DNA of 64,000 bases from a virus. The notes under the pieces were generated by a model. It ran no database searches, had not been told where the DNA came from, and worked only from the letters and a program-made list of their open reading frames with translations. Of the stretch, positions 1 to 9,411 are shown piece after piece. How positions within the stretch are numbered: the stretch's first letter is position 1; each line of letters opens with the position of its first letter. The position numbers and the translations under genes are program-made. The stretch covers positions 1-64,000 of IMG/VR virus record IMGVR_UViG_3300048924_000191; one strand, given 5' to 3'.

Positions 1-218
1 TAGAAGATCGTATCGATGTCCCGAGCGGCATACAGCTTTTGGAACTCAGCGTCATCGATGACGCCGTTGGTGAGCTCGTGAAAATTGTTGTCGACGTGTC
101 GATCCCGATAGGCATCAGAATTAACCAGCAGCTCAGCGGCTTCGCCGCTGAGCTGTCGGATTGTGCCGTAGACGGTATCGAGGAGCATGTCGACAAAGAC
201 AAGTCCTCGTTGTTTCAT
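1..218 (-). CDS. hypothetical protein, N-terminal part only (gene runs off the left edge)
   Basis: Minus-strand ATG at 218-216 overlaps the stop of the upstream gene (TGATG). It reads MKQRGLVFVDMLLDTVYGTIRQLSGEAAELL... The + ORF 39..350 looks like its antisense shadow. Confidence 0.45.
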   Translation of the reverse strand, partial: MKQRGLVFVDMLLDTVYGTIRQLSGEAAELLVNSDAYRDRHVDNNFHELTNGVIDDAEFQKLYAARDIDTIF

Positions 219-739
219 CAGTCATCTCCAGCAGGAGGTGGAAGCTTCGGAGGAGTCAGCGCCCGCACCTTGTTGACGACATCAGTCATCGACAACAGAT
301 ACAGGAACATTGCCCAGGGGTTTGCCCGCATCATCTTGGCGTACGCCTGAGGCTCTGCCACGAACTGCGAAACTTCCCGGTTGACTTCTTTCGACCCCTT
401 CATCCAAGCGATCGTCTGCGCAAGGTACTCGACGAACTTGTCCGGGTAGTTCTGCGCAGGCGGTGCCAGGTGAGGCCAGAGCCTGAACATCATTTCACCC
501 GTCATCGCAATGATGAGGTCGATCCCATCCTCCCCGTGGTCGATGCGCAGGCTGTCCCAAAGCGCCGACAATGCCGTATCCGAGTGCAGTACCAAACGCC
601 ACCTGACGTTGTACTTGACCTCGAGCATCAACTTGAGGATTTGGGTCTGTCTCTCGTCGTGGTTGACGAAACGCAGGACGATACCTTCGCAGATATCAAC
701 GACCTGCGCTGCGTCGGAGATTGTCAGGTTTTGCGTCAT
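218..739 (-). CDS. hypothetical protein (173 aa)
   Basis: ORF track 218..739(-). Balanced composition, same strand as its neighbours. Its start overlaps the upstream gene end by 44 nt. Confidence 0.6.
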   Translation of the reverse strand: MTQNLTISDAAQVVDICEGIVLRFVNHDERQTQILKLMLEVKYNVRWRLVLHSDTALSALWDSLRIDHGEDGIDLIIAMTGEMMFRLWPHLAPPAQNYPDKFVEYLAQTIAWMKGSKEVNREVSQFVAEPQAYAKMMRANPWAMFLYLLSMTDVVNKVRALTPPKLPPPAGDD

Positions 740-1451
740 CTGGCACCACCGTGTTCTTGTCCAGGTTGTTGCCGATCAGCATGCAGTTCAGGTACACCGC
801 CATGGACAGTGTCGACTTACGCATACCCAGACCTTCGAGGTCCTTGAGTGAGACGCTACCGTTTTCGATCAGCTGTCGCCGATACTCACGATAGGCTTCG
901 GCGTTACCACCGCGCACACCCACAAACTCCGTGACGGTGTTGTCCAAACGCCGTCCCAGCAGAGAAGACATCTCAACCGACGAGATACGACTACCTTTGG
1001 AAAGGCTGGTCGGCTGGTCAGTCAAGTCATCCACTCGCTGGTTGTGCGAAGGGATGGAACTCTTCTTCATCTGGGTCTGCGCCTGACGACGAACCGGCAG
1101 GTCATAGACCGGATAGAAGTGCGGCGTCACGTATTCCTCGCCAGTAGCACCGTCCGTCATGATGAGGCGGTGTTCCAACTGCCGGCCCAGCTTCTTCACC
1201 AGGCGATAGTTGTTGGCGATCGAGACGCGCTTGCCGCTCATGTTCGGCACGATGATCGGGATGAAGTGACGTCGGGTGATTTCTTCAGGCGTGATTGCAG
1301 GACCTAAGCCCCGCACCCATTCCTCGAACATCGTATCCGACATCCCTGCAAACTGATCCTTAAGCAACTTCACGTTACTGTCATCGCCAGGGACGACTTC
1401 GGCAACGTAGGAGAGGATGAACTCCTCCACCTTCTTGCGCTTGGCATTCAT
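696..1451 (-). CDS. multisubunit RNA polymerase beta-subunit, extreme C-terminal fragment (split phage RNAP)
   Basis: Start moved to ATG 1451 (MNAKRKK), with GGAG 8 nt upstream, just after the stop of the previous gene. By eye it matches the bacterial RpoB C-terminus: TDGATGEEY vs DGRTGEQF, LTDQP vs VTQQP, KGSRISSVEMSSLLG vs GGQRFGEMEVWALE. The GRHGNKG catalytic region is absent. Confidence 0.55.
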   Translation of the reverse strand: MNAKRKKVEEFILSYVAEVVPGDDSNVKLLKDQFAGMSDTMFEEWVRGLGPAITPEEITRRHFIPIIVPNMSGKRVSIANNYRLVKKLGRQLEHRLIMTDGATGEEYVTPHFYPVYDLPVRRQAQTQMKKSSIPSHNQRVDDLTDQPTSLSKGSRISSVEMSSLLGRRLDNTVTEFVGVRGGNAEAYREYRRQLIENGSVSLKDLEGLGMRKSTLSMAVYLNCMLIGNNLDKNTVVPDDAKPDNLRRSAGR

Positions 1452-1456
1452 AGCGA

Positions 1457-1744
1457 TCACTCCGGAGGGAGATTGAACCGCACCAGGGTTGGTAGTACGT
1501 GAGACTTGAAGTACTTCAACCACATCCCTGGCGCAATGTCGTCGCGCAGGCAGCCACGTTCGTCCTGTGTCGGAAGCTTGGACTCAGCCAAGATCAACCG
1601 AAAGTGTTTATTGAGCGCTTTGATAGAGCCCTCATCGGACGTGCACTGCTTTCGGTCGAATTGTCTGGCAAAGCGATCTGCCAGTTCCGGTCGTTTGTCG
1701 CGCAGAGCGTCTTCGACGTCCTGCACCAGAGAGGTAGTTGCCAT
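1457..1744 (-). CDS. hypothetical protein (95 aa)
   Basis: ORF track. Tightly packed between two minus-strand genes. Charged, helical-looking sequence. Confidence 0.55.
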   Translation of the reverse strand: MATTSLVQDVEDALRDKRPELADRFARQFDRKQCTSDEGSIKALNKHFRLILAESKLPTQDERGCLRDDIAPGMWLKYFKSHVLPTLVRFNLPPE

Positions 1745-1756
1745 GGTTGCGGTTCC

Positions 1757-3223
1757 TTATTTCTTCGGTTCACTCCCTTGAGGCTCGGCCTCAGGCAGTT
1801 CCATTTGCTTGCGGGTTTTCGGATACCAATACGGGTGATACTTACCAACACGCATCAGCAGCAAGTCCATTGTGGAGAGATATGGGATATCCTTACCCTC
1901 TTCGACTGACATGCCCCAGAACCGGGTACTCAACAACAAGTCCCAGTCGTAGCCCAGCTTCTTGATATCTTCATACAACTGGGTAGGTTCACACACCAGA
2001 TCGAAGTCGAAATCGGTCCAGTAAGTGAACATCCAGTACATGTCGACCAAGATGCGTGCTGCAAGCACCATAGAGTAATTATCGCGGAAGGTCTGACGAA
2101 TCGTGTTGCGATTGACCTTCAAGTGCGGGGTCAGGGCCAAGGCATAGTTGGTGTTGTCACCAACCAGACCAAAGCGCCCAGCGTTTTCTTTCAGGAAGTC
2201 GAAGTTCGACATTTCTGGAGACAGGCCGTTCTTCTGAGAAACGACCATCGGCAGAGGTACACCGGAGATACCGAACTTGCCGCGTTGGTTGATCAGAGTC
2301 AGACGGATGAGGTCGATACCCTGGTCATCACCGTCGCCACGGGCGTACGGATATTGCGGCTTCTTGTCGACCATCATGGGTTCCATGGAGGTCACGACAT
2401 AACAGTTACCGGTGTGGAACGAGAGGTTTTCAGGCACTCGCTTGAGCTTGACATCGCCCTTCAAATGCTTGAGAACCTTGACGGTCGGTTTATGCGGATC
2501 GAGCTGATACGCTTGACCTACGTGTGCCGTACCGCAGAAGTAGATGCCGTACTTGGCGGTCAGGTCAGGAAGTTGTTCAACGATCTGACTCTTACCGCTG
2601 TTGACGCGCATTGCCAACATGTTCAGCTCTTTGGTACCGACTTCACCTTCGTCGAGCATCTGAGTGGCGTTCTCAGCCTTGAGGCCGGACAGCGAGTCCC
2701 AGAACTCGATCATCGGTGTCCAGTACTTGTACGGCTTACCGGTGGAGGTGTCGATGATCTCAAGGTCGATCTTCTTCTCATCCTTCTCACGCCCTTTGGC
2801 GAATTCCTTGAGAAGGTTGGTGACCTTGGTACCGTCGTAGTCAACCGACGAGGTGAAGAACAGACGACCTTCCGACATGAGGTTCTCAGGCACCTTCATG
2901 TTGGCCAGCTTGATGTGCATGGCCAGACGGGTCAGACGTTCAACACGTTCGTGGACCATGGTGGTCTCGGTATCGTGAACGTGCATCTGAGATTTTGGGA
3001 AGGCCCGCAGGACAGCAGCAGCCGATGCGGCAGCCAGTGCGGACTTGAACATGTTCGGCAGTGCAGCAATTACCCAGAACAGCGCGTATCCGCCGTTGAG
3101 GACGTGTTGACCCTTGTGGCCGATAACCCAGCTACCGGCTGAGATGTCGAGAATGGTACCCGTGTTAGGCATCGGATAGAAGGGGGCGGCCTTCTTCTTG
3201 TAAATGTCAGCGAACGTTGCCAT
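1757..3223 (-). CDS. UvsX/RecA-like recombinase (divergent)
   Basis: By-eye match to T4 UvsX: PMPNTGTILDISAG vs IPMMNIALSG. GGYALFWVIAALPNMFKSA vs GGMQSGLLILAGPSKSFKSN (degenerate Walker A ending FKS). HVHDTE vs FYDSE. EFWDSLSGLK vs FIDSLGNL. Confidence 0.55.
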   Translation of the reverse strand: MATFADIYKKKAAPFYPMPNTGTILDISAGSWVIGHKGQHVLNGGYALFWVIAALPNMFKSALAAASAAAVLRAFPKSQMHVHDTETTMVHERVERLTRLAMHIKLANMKVPENLMSEGRLFFTSSVDYDGTKVTNLLKEFAKGREKDEKKIDLEIIDTSTGKPYKYWTPMIEFWDSLSGLKAENATQMLDEGEVGTKELNMLAMRVNSGKSQIVEQLPDLTAKYGIYFCGTAHVGQAYQLDPHKPTVKVLKHLKGDVKLKRVPENLSFHTGNCYVVTSMEPMMVDKKPQYPYARGDGDDQGIDLIRLTLINQRGKFGISGVPLPMVVSQKNGLSPEMSNFDFLKENAGRFGLVGDNTNYALALTPHLKVNRNTIRQTFRDNYSMVLAARILVDMYWMFTYWTDFDFDLVCEPTQLYEDIKKLGYDWDLLLSTRFWGMSVEEGKDIPYLSTMDLLLMRVGKYHPYWYPKTRKQMELPEAEPQGSEPKK

Positions 3224-3331
3224 GTGTTTGAATTCCCCGGGGGTGCGGTTAAGTGATCCACAGAATAAGGACCGTCAGTAAAATAATAGTCTGGTATGAC
3301 TAAACACCATCTTCTTGGGATATCGTCCGTT

Positions 3332-4219
3332 ATGTCGAACTTCAATGAACTGTACAAACAGGTCTCGCAAGAGCACCTCTCTAAACTCGATGAGATCATC
3401 GCTCTGGGTTCTTCGGTATCGAACGAATCGAAGGCGTTGGCGTTCATCGACTCCACCAAATCCAAGTTCTTCGATTACGTCCAGCGCGTACATCACTTCC
3501 TCCAGTCGCTGAGCTTTGGCAACAAAGTGACTGCGCAGATCAACGCTACCGAGATGTTGCAGCGGTACGTGGCTGAGCCGTACAGCGAGAACCGCAAACT
3601 GACCTTCGAAGTCGCTCCAGGCTTTACCGGTAACCTGCCGAACTTCCTCAAGCTGATCGTTCACGACATCCTGCCGGCTGGCGTCGGTATCGAAACCACC
3701 CTCAAGGTGACCGTTACCCGTCTGGCTCAGATCCTGAACGAACCTGACCGCATGAAGGCTCAGTCCGGCATCCGTGATCTGGAGCAACACCTGACGCTGG
3801 TGAGCTCCGACAAGCTGGATGAAGTCAAGAGCTACTTCAAGGACGGTAGCAAGTCTCAGGCCAAGGTCAGCGACGTCATGGGTCGTAACGCCGACATGAC
3901 TGAAGTCTACCGACTGACCAACGTCTGGAACGAGACGCTTGGCAAGATCGACTTCAAGCGTGCTCAGGATCTGGTAACCCGTATCGGCGATCTGAGCGGT
4001 CACCTGAACAAGCTGCTGAACGAGGACGAAGGCGACAAGCCAGAAGTCTCGGGTCTCTCGGCTGGTCAGATGTCTGATCTGTTCTACCGTCTGGGCGTGA
4101 CCGTCACCGCGTGCAGTGTGCTGATCGAAATGGCTCGTCAACACTCCGAAGCCATGCAGCGCAACGTCGACAGCATCCTCGGTCAACTGCCGAAGAAGAA
4201 AGACGACGCAGCAGCATAA
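3332..4219 (+). CDS. hypothetical protein (295 aa), single-gene plus-strand unit
   Basis: ORF track 3296..4219. Start moved to ATG 3332 (MSNFNELYK) because codons 3296-3331 use locally rare codons (ata, ctt, ggg). A hairpin terminator follows directly. Confidence 0.6.
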   Translation: MSNFNELYKQVSQEHLSKLDEIIALGSSVSNESKALAFIDSTKSKFFDYVQRVHHFLQSLSFGNKVTAQINATEMLQRYVAEPYSENRKLTFEVAPGFTGNLPNFLKLIVHDILPAGVGIETTLKVTVTRLAQILNEPDRMKAQSGIRDLEQHLTLVSSDKLDEVKSYFKDGSKSQAKVSDVMGRNADMTEVYRLTNVWNETLGKIDFKRAQDLVTRIGDLSGHLNKLLNEDEGDKPEVSGLSAGQMSDLFYRLGVTVTACSVLIEMARQHSEAMQRNVDSILGQLPKKKDDAAA

Positions 4220-4227
4220 AGCAAAAC

Positions 4228-4260
4228 CATAGTGGCGTGGGCATTGCCCACGCCACTATG
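4228..4260. terminator. bidirectional hairpin terminator at a convergent junction
   Basis: Perfect 15-bp stem catagtggcgtgggc / gcccacgccactatg with loop att. It lies between the stop at 4219(+) and the stop at 4272(-). Confidence 0.7.
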
Positions 4261-4271
4261 CCGTCCGCAGC

Positions 4272-4682
4272 TTAGTGCCGGCGCACGCTTTCGAACACAG
4301 CTTGCATGTCTTGACGTAACGCTCGGCCATCACCGTATTTCATCCAGCGAGGTACTTCGTTCAGCACTTCCATTGCCAGGGCAGACATCGACGCATTACC
4401 CGCCTTGTACCTGGCGAACATGCCCGGCAGATCCAGTTTTCCCCAGATCATGTTCGAGCAGGCTGCCGGGAACCGCAATGCGCGATTGTCCTGAACCAGA
4501 TGGAACCGTTGGTTCACCTCGTCCAGTTCAGCCCGAGTAGGGTCCTTAACGCCCCGGAGTCGGAAGTATAACGAAGCGACGAACATCATCCGCTTCAAAC
4601 GACCAGCTGCCGATTCCGGGACATCAACACTCTCGGGGTGTCCCGTCTGGGCAATGACGGACACTTGCTTACCAGTACTCAT
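4272..4682 (-). CDS. hypothetical protein (136 aa)
   Basis: ORF track 4272..4763. Start moved to ATG 4682 (MSTGKQ), preceded by GAGGA and lying after the stop of the RNase H gene at 4711. Confidence 0.55.
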   Translation of the reverse strand: MSTGKQVSVIAQTGHPESVDVPESAAGRLKRMMFVASLYFRLRGVKDPTRAELDEVNQRFHLVQDNRALRFPAACSNMIWGKLDLPGMFARYKAGNASMSALAMEVLNEVPRWMKYGDGRALRQDMQAVFESVRRH

Positions 4683-4710
4683 AGAGAAATCCTCTACGGC
4701 TAGTGAGTGG

Positions 4711-6186
4711 CTACCCGATCTGACGATAGTACAGATTTGCTTCAGTCCTGGCCCATAACCCAATTTCGCCAGTCGTCAGCTCTACCAGTGTGGCGTATCT
4801 CCCCACTAACTCCGACTCTCTCCACGTCACGACCTTAACGGACTTGACTTCTTCAGAGATAGCCGCCAGCTGGTTCCTTGTGAGAATATCACCACCAAAG
4901 ATCAGGCGTACGTTTCCGATGAACGGTTTAGGTTCATCGCCCGAGACTTCCAGATTAAACTCGACGTCAATGTCGAGATACTTCACGATCTGTGTGTACT
5001 TCGGTTTGAGCTTAAGGGTTTGTTTCTTCCCTTGGGCCTCATACAGTAAGTCCGTCAGATCTGTAATCCGGTGGCTCGAGTCAGCCCCCAATACCTTGTC
5101 GAGATGCCTCGACAGACTTTCCCACATCGCCACTTGACGGAAGCCGAGACCTAAAGGCTTCTGCTCAGTCATGATGATGTTGTCCTTCGCATCCGTGATG
5201 TCCAGACGCTTCTTGTGAGACACCAAGAAGGTGGGTCCGTATTCCGTCAGGTCTTGATACGTCTTCGGCGAGAAGATGGCGTCGAGGTGACCCAAGACCA
5301 ACTTGCCGTGTTTCAATGGATCTCGATCGTAGGCTGCTACCCGCAGCTTCTCAAGTACAGGCTCCGGCTCCGGTACGTACACCACCCCCAGGAAGTTATC
5401 GGCATACGGCTTACCGGCCAGATCGTCTTCCTTGTCCTTACCGCCATGACAGCCGACGTAGTAGATGTGGGACCCATCCTCACGGACGTGGTTCTCGTCG
5501 CCTGTGTAGAAGTACCACCGAGGTGCCTGCAAGATGCGAGGACACTGACTGGCAGTCTTCCAATACCCTTGCGCTTCCTTGACGGTCGTGAAGATCCGAG
5601 CGTCTCGGTTACGACCCAACACCTTACCGCGAGTCGCCAACGCGTCTGCTTTGGAGTTACCCGGATCGCCCGAATGCCCCTTGACGTGGTTGATGGTCAA
5701 TGACTCCATCGATTCCATCAAGCCGTCGTACAGCTCTTTGGTTTCTTCCCACGTCTTGCGATACTTAACCGGCTCACCTCGAGGCGTCATCCAGTTACGC
5801 TTCAGCCATTTCTCGAGCCATTCGGTAGTACCCTGGATTGCAAACTTCGAATCCGACCGAATGAGTACATGAGTGATCTGAGGATTTTCCTTCAACCACT
5901 TGAGAGCATGGATCAGAGCGATCACTTCTACTTCGTTGTTACTGCCCCAATCACGACCGCCACCGAGGATATCGACGTACTGTGCGATCGTGACTTTGTT
6001 ACCGACGTTGTCTTCGAAGATATAACCCTTGTCCGACGGTATCGCTTTAGGATTGCCGGTACCACGTTTGGGCTCTTCGTCAAAATAGGTGTATCCGTGG
6101 ACTCCCCAACCGCCGATCCTCTTCTCGAGATCAAAACCACCATCGGCGTAGAGAATGGCTTTGGTAGCCACTGGTTGTTCGGACAT
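4711..6186 (-). CDS. RNase HI domain protein fused to a ~300-aa C-terminal domain of unknown function
   Basis: The first ~190 aa carry the RNase HI catalytic pattern: LYADGG (D), NNEVEVIALIHAL (E), IRSDSKF (D), VKGHSGDPGNSKADALA (H..D). The rest (4711..~5616) has no motif I recognise. Confidence 0.8.
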   Translation of the reverse strand: MSEQPVATKAILYADGGFDLEKRIGGWGVHGYTYFDEEPKRGTGNPKAIPSDKGYIFEDNVGNKVTIAQYVDILGGGRDWGSNNEVEVIALIHALKWLKENPQITHVLIRSDSKFAIQGTTEWLEKWLKRNWMTPRGEPVKYRKTWEETKELYDGLMESMESLTINHVKGHSGDPGNSKADALATRGKVLGRNRDARIFTTVKEAQGYWKTASQCPRILQAPRWYFYTGDENHVREDGSHIYYVGCHGGKDKEDDLAGKPYADNFLGVVYVPEPEPVLEKLRVAAYDRDPLKHGKLVLGHLDAIFSPKTYQDLTEYGPTFLVSHKKRLDITDAKDNIIMTEQKPLGLGFRQVAMWESLSRHLDKVLGADSSHRITDLTDLLYEAQGKKQTLKLKPKYTQIVKYLDIDVEFNLEVSGDEPKPFIGNVRLIFGGDILTRNQLAAISEEVKSVKVVTWRESELVGRYATLVELTTGEIGLWARTEANLYYRQIG

Positions 6187-6240
6187 TGCGAATTCCCTTC
6201 TAACTCGTTCTAGACCATTGCGAGGTTTTGTAGCTTTTGA

Positions 6241-6639
6241 CTATTCGCCTTGGGCTTGGGTACATTTGAAACGAGTCAGTAGGACGCCGAGCTCACCGCG
6301 TAGTTCGCCGACATGTTCGGCTAGGGCGTTGGCGATGGCTTCTTTGTCGTTCTCCCCGAACTTAGACAGATCGGGTAGGGCCGGATACTTGTAGCGCTCG
6401 ATCTCTTCTTTGGTCAACGGCTTGCATTTGTTACTGTCGACCTTGTTGATCGTCTTCTCAAACTCCTTGGCTGAAGCTAATCGTTTGCGCTGCTTGACCA
6501 TCTCTTCCTGAGACATCGACACGTTGATGTTGATGTTGGGTGTCAGTGGTGCACACGACCCCATCGCAAGGCTCACGATGAGTAACAGCGGGAGTTGGAG
6601 AAGTGGACGTCTTGCGACCGCTCTGTGGTTTATGATCAT
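6241..6639 (-). CDS. predicted lipoprotein (possible o-spanin)
   Basis: N-terminus MIINHRAVARRPLLQLPLLLIVSLAMGSC has a basic n-region, a hydrophobic core and a lipobox-like MGSC. It sits 15 nt downstream of a membrane-anchored coiled-coil gene. Confidence 0.45.
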   Translation of the reverse strand: MIINHRAVARRPLLQLPLLLIVSLAMGSCAPLTPNININVSMSQEEMVKQRKRLASAKEFEKTINKVDSNKCKPLTKEEIERYKYPALPDLSKFGENDKEAIANALAEHVGELRGELGVLLTRFKCTQAQGE

Positions 6640-6654
6640 GGCTCGTGGGTCCGA

Positions 6655-7095
6655 CTATTCGAAGGTCTTGAACCGAAGTTCGATTTGTGAACGTAAGCTC
6701 TGTGGCTGCTTCTTTTTCTTCGGCGCAGTCTTTGGCTGCACTACAGGCTCTGGGGGTTGTGGAAGATGATGTTCACTAGGACCTTCGGGACTTGGAGGAC
6801 CCAATCGCAGTTCGCGCAGTTCCTCCTCCAGTTTTGCTACCCTATCCTTGAGGTCCTGGTTGCTCTCCAATAAATGACTGTTGGTCAACTTCAAGCCGTC
6901 GTTGGCTCTAGCAGACTCGGTGGCAATTTCGGAAACGTGTGCGACCAAAATGAATAGGAAGAACACGCAGCCGGCTAAGATGGTTGCGACTTTATTTTCG
7001 AGCAGAAGCTCGCGCAACAACCGGTCTTTTAAAAGAATCTCCTTAAGAAAAGGTAGGAGAGACTTCAATACGAGAAGTACAGTAGAAGATCCCAC
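6655..7095 (-). CDS. membrane-anchored coiled-coil protein (possible i-spanin)
   Basis: One transmembrane segment (VATILAGCVFFLFILVAHV), then a heptad-like stretch (LLESNQDLKDRVAKLEEELRELR) and a Pro-rich tail. Confidence 0.45.
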   Translation of the reverse strand: MGSSTVLLVLKSLLPFLKEILLKDRLLRELLLENKVATILAGCVFFLFILVAHVSEIATESARANDGLKLTNSHLLESNQDLKDRVAKLEEELRELRLGPPSPEGPSEHHLPQPPEPVVQPKTAPKKKKQPQSLRSQIELRFKTFE

Positions 7096-7200
7096 CTCGT
7101 CATCCTCTTTGACGTCTTGAAAAATACTATGATTTTAGCCTATCCATTGTAACTTATTACATAGGTCCGCAGTCATATATTTCACGCCGAGGTGCGTAAC
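7096..7200. promoter_or_regulatory. AT-rich divergent intergenic region (candidate promoters both ways)
   Basis: Spacer between minus start 7095 and plus start 7201. Contains aaaaatacTATGatttt and aACTTATTAcat. No ORF. Confidence 0.35.
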
Positions 7201-8514
7201 GTGAAAATCTTTAAGGGCTTTGCTCAGATCGGTCCACTGACCGACAACGCTCCAAAGGTCGTGGCATCGGTGGGCGAACTGTCCACTCGTAGCCGTACCT
7301 TCGCTCGTGATCTTACCGAACACACTCACGGGGACTTCCTCGGCGAGATGTTGGTCGGTTTCTCCCACCGTACCGACGATACGCCAGATCGGATCTCTGA
7401 CGCTGATGCGTACAAAGTCCTGAAGGCGATCAACTGGGTCTACAACCAGGCACGTCTGTCGAAGTTCACCGAGAACCAGGTTGACTTCCAACAGCAGTTC
7501 ATTGCTGCGATGGGCGCTGAGTACGACTTGATCGGCTCTGGCTCGATGATTGCTTTCGGCAATTACTGGGCGCCTGAGTTCATCGAGATTGCTCCGTTCG
7601 AGCAGTCGGGTGAATTCCGTTGGAAGGTGTGGTTCGCTAACGAGTCGTTTGAGAACCAGTACGACGAGTTCCTGATCCTGGTGATTCCACCGATCGAAGA
7701 ACTCGATCGTTTCTTCGACGACTACAACGACGTCAAAGAGATGATTGCTAACGTCGAGCAGAGCGACATGTTCGACCGCTTGCGAATTGCTGTGGGTGAT
7801 TATCCACAGACTACGCAGCGCAACGATGTGTTCACTTGGCAAGACCGTAACGACAAGACCCTGAAGGTGGATACCAACTGGGTGACTGCGCACTACGGCC
7901 TGGCTGGCGACAACCTCGACGCCGTCAAGGAAGCGATCCGCGATTACATCATGGATCACACCACCCACACTCGGGATGAGTGGGCGGAGATCTTCCCCGA
8001 TATTTTTACTTCGACCGAGTTTATCATCACCCCACTCTGGAACGATTATGCGATCCCTAACCAGGTCAGGGAGACTGGGGTCTACTCGGGGAATATACCT
8101 TTCCAGAAGGCAATGGCACTGTGTCATCGCACTTGTAAAGGGGTTAGGTATACCGACCTGCACATCGACACCGTCATCAGCGGCATCGTGACCACGCACA
8201 AATCTGCGTCTGCTGCAATCGTCGGTGGTCCTGAGAACCGTGATGGCATCGACATGTTCTACGAGCGCTATCCGGACTACATCGGCGTACCGCCGCTGCA
8301 CCCTGACTTCATGCGCATGTCGGAAGAAACCCGCAACTTCGTCTACATGCTGTCGAAGATGTTGCTTGAGGCTGAAGAGATGACACTGAACTCTGGTGTC
8401 CCTCAAGGCTTCAACCGCGTGGTGCGTGATGGTGTGGTCTACATCGCCAAGTCGTACAAGAAGTTCCTCTACCTTGTGGTGACGAAGTACAGCGTTGAAC
8501 AACTGGAGGCCTAA
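7201..8514 (+). CDS. virion structural protein, tail/baseplate module by context (437 aa)
   Basis: ORF track 7192..8514. GTG 7201 preferred because GAGGTG lies 7 nt upstream. First gene of a plus-strand structural block. Confidence 0.6.
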   Translation: MKIFKGFAQIGPLTDNAPKVVASVGELSTRSRTFARDLTEHTHGDFLGEMLVGFSHRTDDTPDRISDADAYKVLKAINWVYNQARLSKFTENQVDFQQQFIAAMGAEYDLIGSGSMIAFGNYWAPEFIEIAPFEQSGEFRWKVWFANESFENQYDEFLILVIPPIEELDRFFDDYNDVKEMIANVEQSDMFDRLRIAVGDYPQTTQRNDVFTWQDRNDKTLKVDTNWVTAHYGLAGDNLDAVKEAIRDYIMDHTTHTRDEWAEIFPDIFTSTEFIITPLWNDYAIPNQVRETGVYSGNIPFQKAMALCHRTCKGVRYTDLHIDTVISGIVTTHKSASAAIVGGPENRDGIDMFYERYPDYIGVPPLHPDFMRMSEETRNFVYMLSKMLLEAEEMTLNSGVPQGFNRVVRDGVVYIAKSYKKFLYLVVTKYSVEQLEA

Positions 8515-8516
8515 AC

Positions 8517-9155
8517 ATGGCCAGAGTCACACCACCAATGAACTCAGTAGGACTCTTCATCCTACGAGCTCCTTACCGGGCTACGGCTACGGTTGCCTAC
8601 AAGGTAGATGCACACCGGAACTTCAAGGACATCATTGATCAGAAGATCGATCCGATGGATTTGGTGTACCGGCCTGTAGGGCTTGACGAAACGGCGTATG
8701 CATCTGACCAAGCAGCTGGGGCGGTTATCGTCACGCTGACGTCAGCTACTGAAGCGGCGATCCATGTACCGGACACGTACATCGAGTCGTATCCGGACAT
8801 GGGTGTGGTACCGCACAGTTGGGTGGTGGTATCGGCCAGCTGTGGAATGCTGCCTGACATGTACGACACCACTGCGTTGCAACAAGCGGTGAGTGACGCC
8901 ATCTCAGAGCACGTCGGTGTTCCTGCGCAGGTGTTCGTAGCCAGAGCACCGGTGACCTCAGCGATCACACAAGAACAGTACGTCCAAGACTTGAATGCAC
9001 GTAACGCTGCAATCAAGAACCGGACTTCAGTCTACGCAGAGAACCTGCGGTTGATCAACGATCTGGCAAACAGTCGTGCGAACGAAGCAGCCTTGATGGA
9101 ACTCGTCGAGCAGTTGCAAGCGCGCATCGAAGAGCTGGAAGGCACTCCTCCGTAA
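8517..9155 (+). CDS. hypothetical structural-module protein (212 aa) with C-terminal coiled coil
   Basis: ORF track. ATG lies 2 nt after the previous stop. The C-terminus LMELVEQLQARIEELEG is heptad-like. Confidence 0.6.
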   Translation: MARVTPPMNSVGLFILRAPYRATATVAYKVDAHRNFKDIIDQKIDPMDLVYRPVGLDETAYASDQAAGAVIVTLTSATEAAIHVPDTYIESYPDMGVVPHSWVVVSASCGMLPDMYDTTALQQAVSDAISEHVGVPAQVFVARAPVTSAITQEQYVQDLNARNAAIKNRTSVYAENLRLINDLANSRANEAALMELVEQLQARIEELEGTPP

Positions 9156-9162
9156 AGTAAGG

Positions 9163-9196
9163 GCATACAGCCGGGGCGAGTGCCCCGGCTGTATGC
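9163..9196. terminator. bidirectional hairpin, copy 1 of the repeated element
   Basis: gcatacagccggggc gagt gccccggctgtatgc, a 15-bp perfect stem, between stop 9155(+) and stop 9201(-). Confidence 0.7.
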
Positions 9197-9200
9197 TGTC

Positions 9201-9398
9201 TCAGTAGAGATACCACTTCATTTCGCGAACAAACGAATACCACCCAGCTCCTGCTAAGAGTCCTGTCATGACGGCGAGGGCTAAGTGCTCCCACCACGTC
9301 GGGATGATCAATAACGCAGACCACCGCAACAACAAGATCGACAGGTAAGAAGCGGCAATCCACATCGAGTAGTAGATGGCAGCGTGAGTCAGGTCCAT
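9201..9398 (-). CDS. small membrane protein (65 aa, 2 predicted TM segments)
   Basis: ORF track 9201..9422. Start moved to ATG 9398 (MDLTHAAIYY), preceded by GGAGG. Hydrophobic stretches: IYYSMWIAASYLSILLL and LALAVMTGLLAGAGWY. Confidence 0.5.
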   Translation of the reverse strand: MDLTHAAIYYSMWIAASYLSILLLRWSALLIIPTWWEHLALAVMTGLLAGAGWYSFVREMKWYLY

Positions 9399-9411
9399 GC
9401 AACCTCCAAGA

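Noticed and set aside
39-851. Plus-strand ORFs 39..350, 161..847 and 510..851 at the left edge.
   Set aside because: They overlap each other and the better-supported minus-strand genes. Their composition is arginine/proline-rich and antisense-like.
2330-2350. ARGDGDDQG in the 488-aa protein as a possible RNAP beta-prime NADFDGD-like catalytic motif.
   Set aside because: The rest of the protein matches the UvsX/RecA layout (FKS Walker A, DTE, DSLSG), and no other beta-prime motifs are present.
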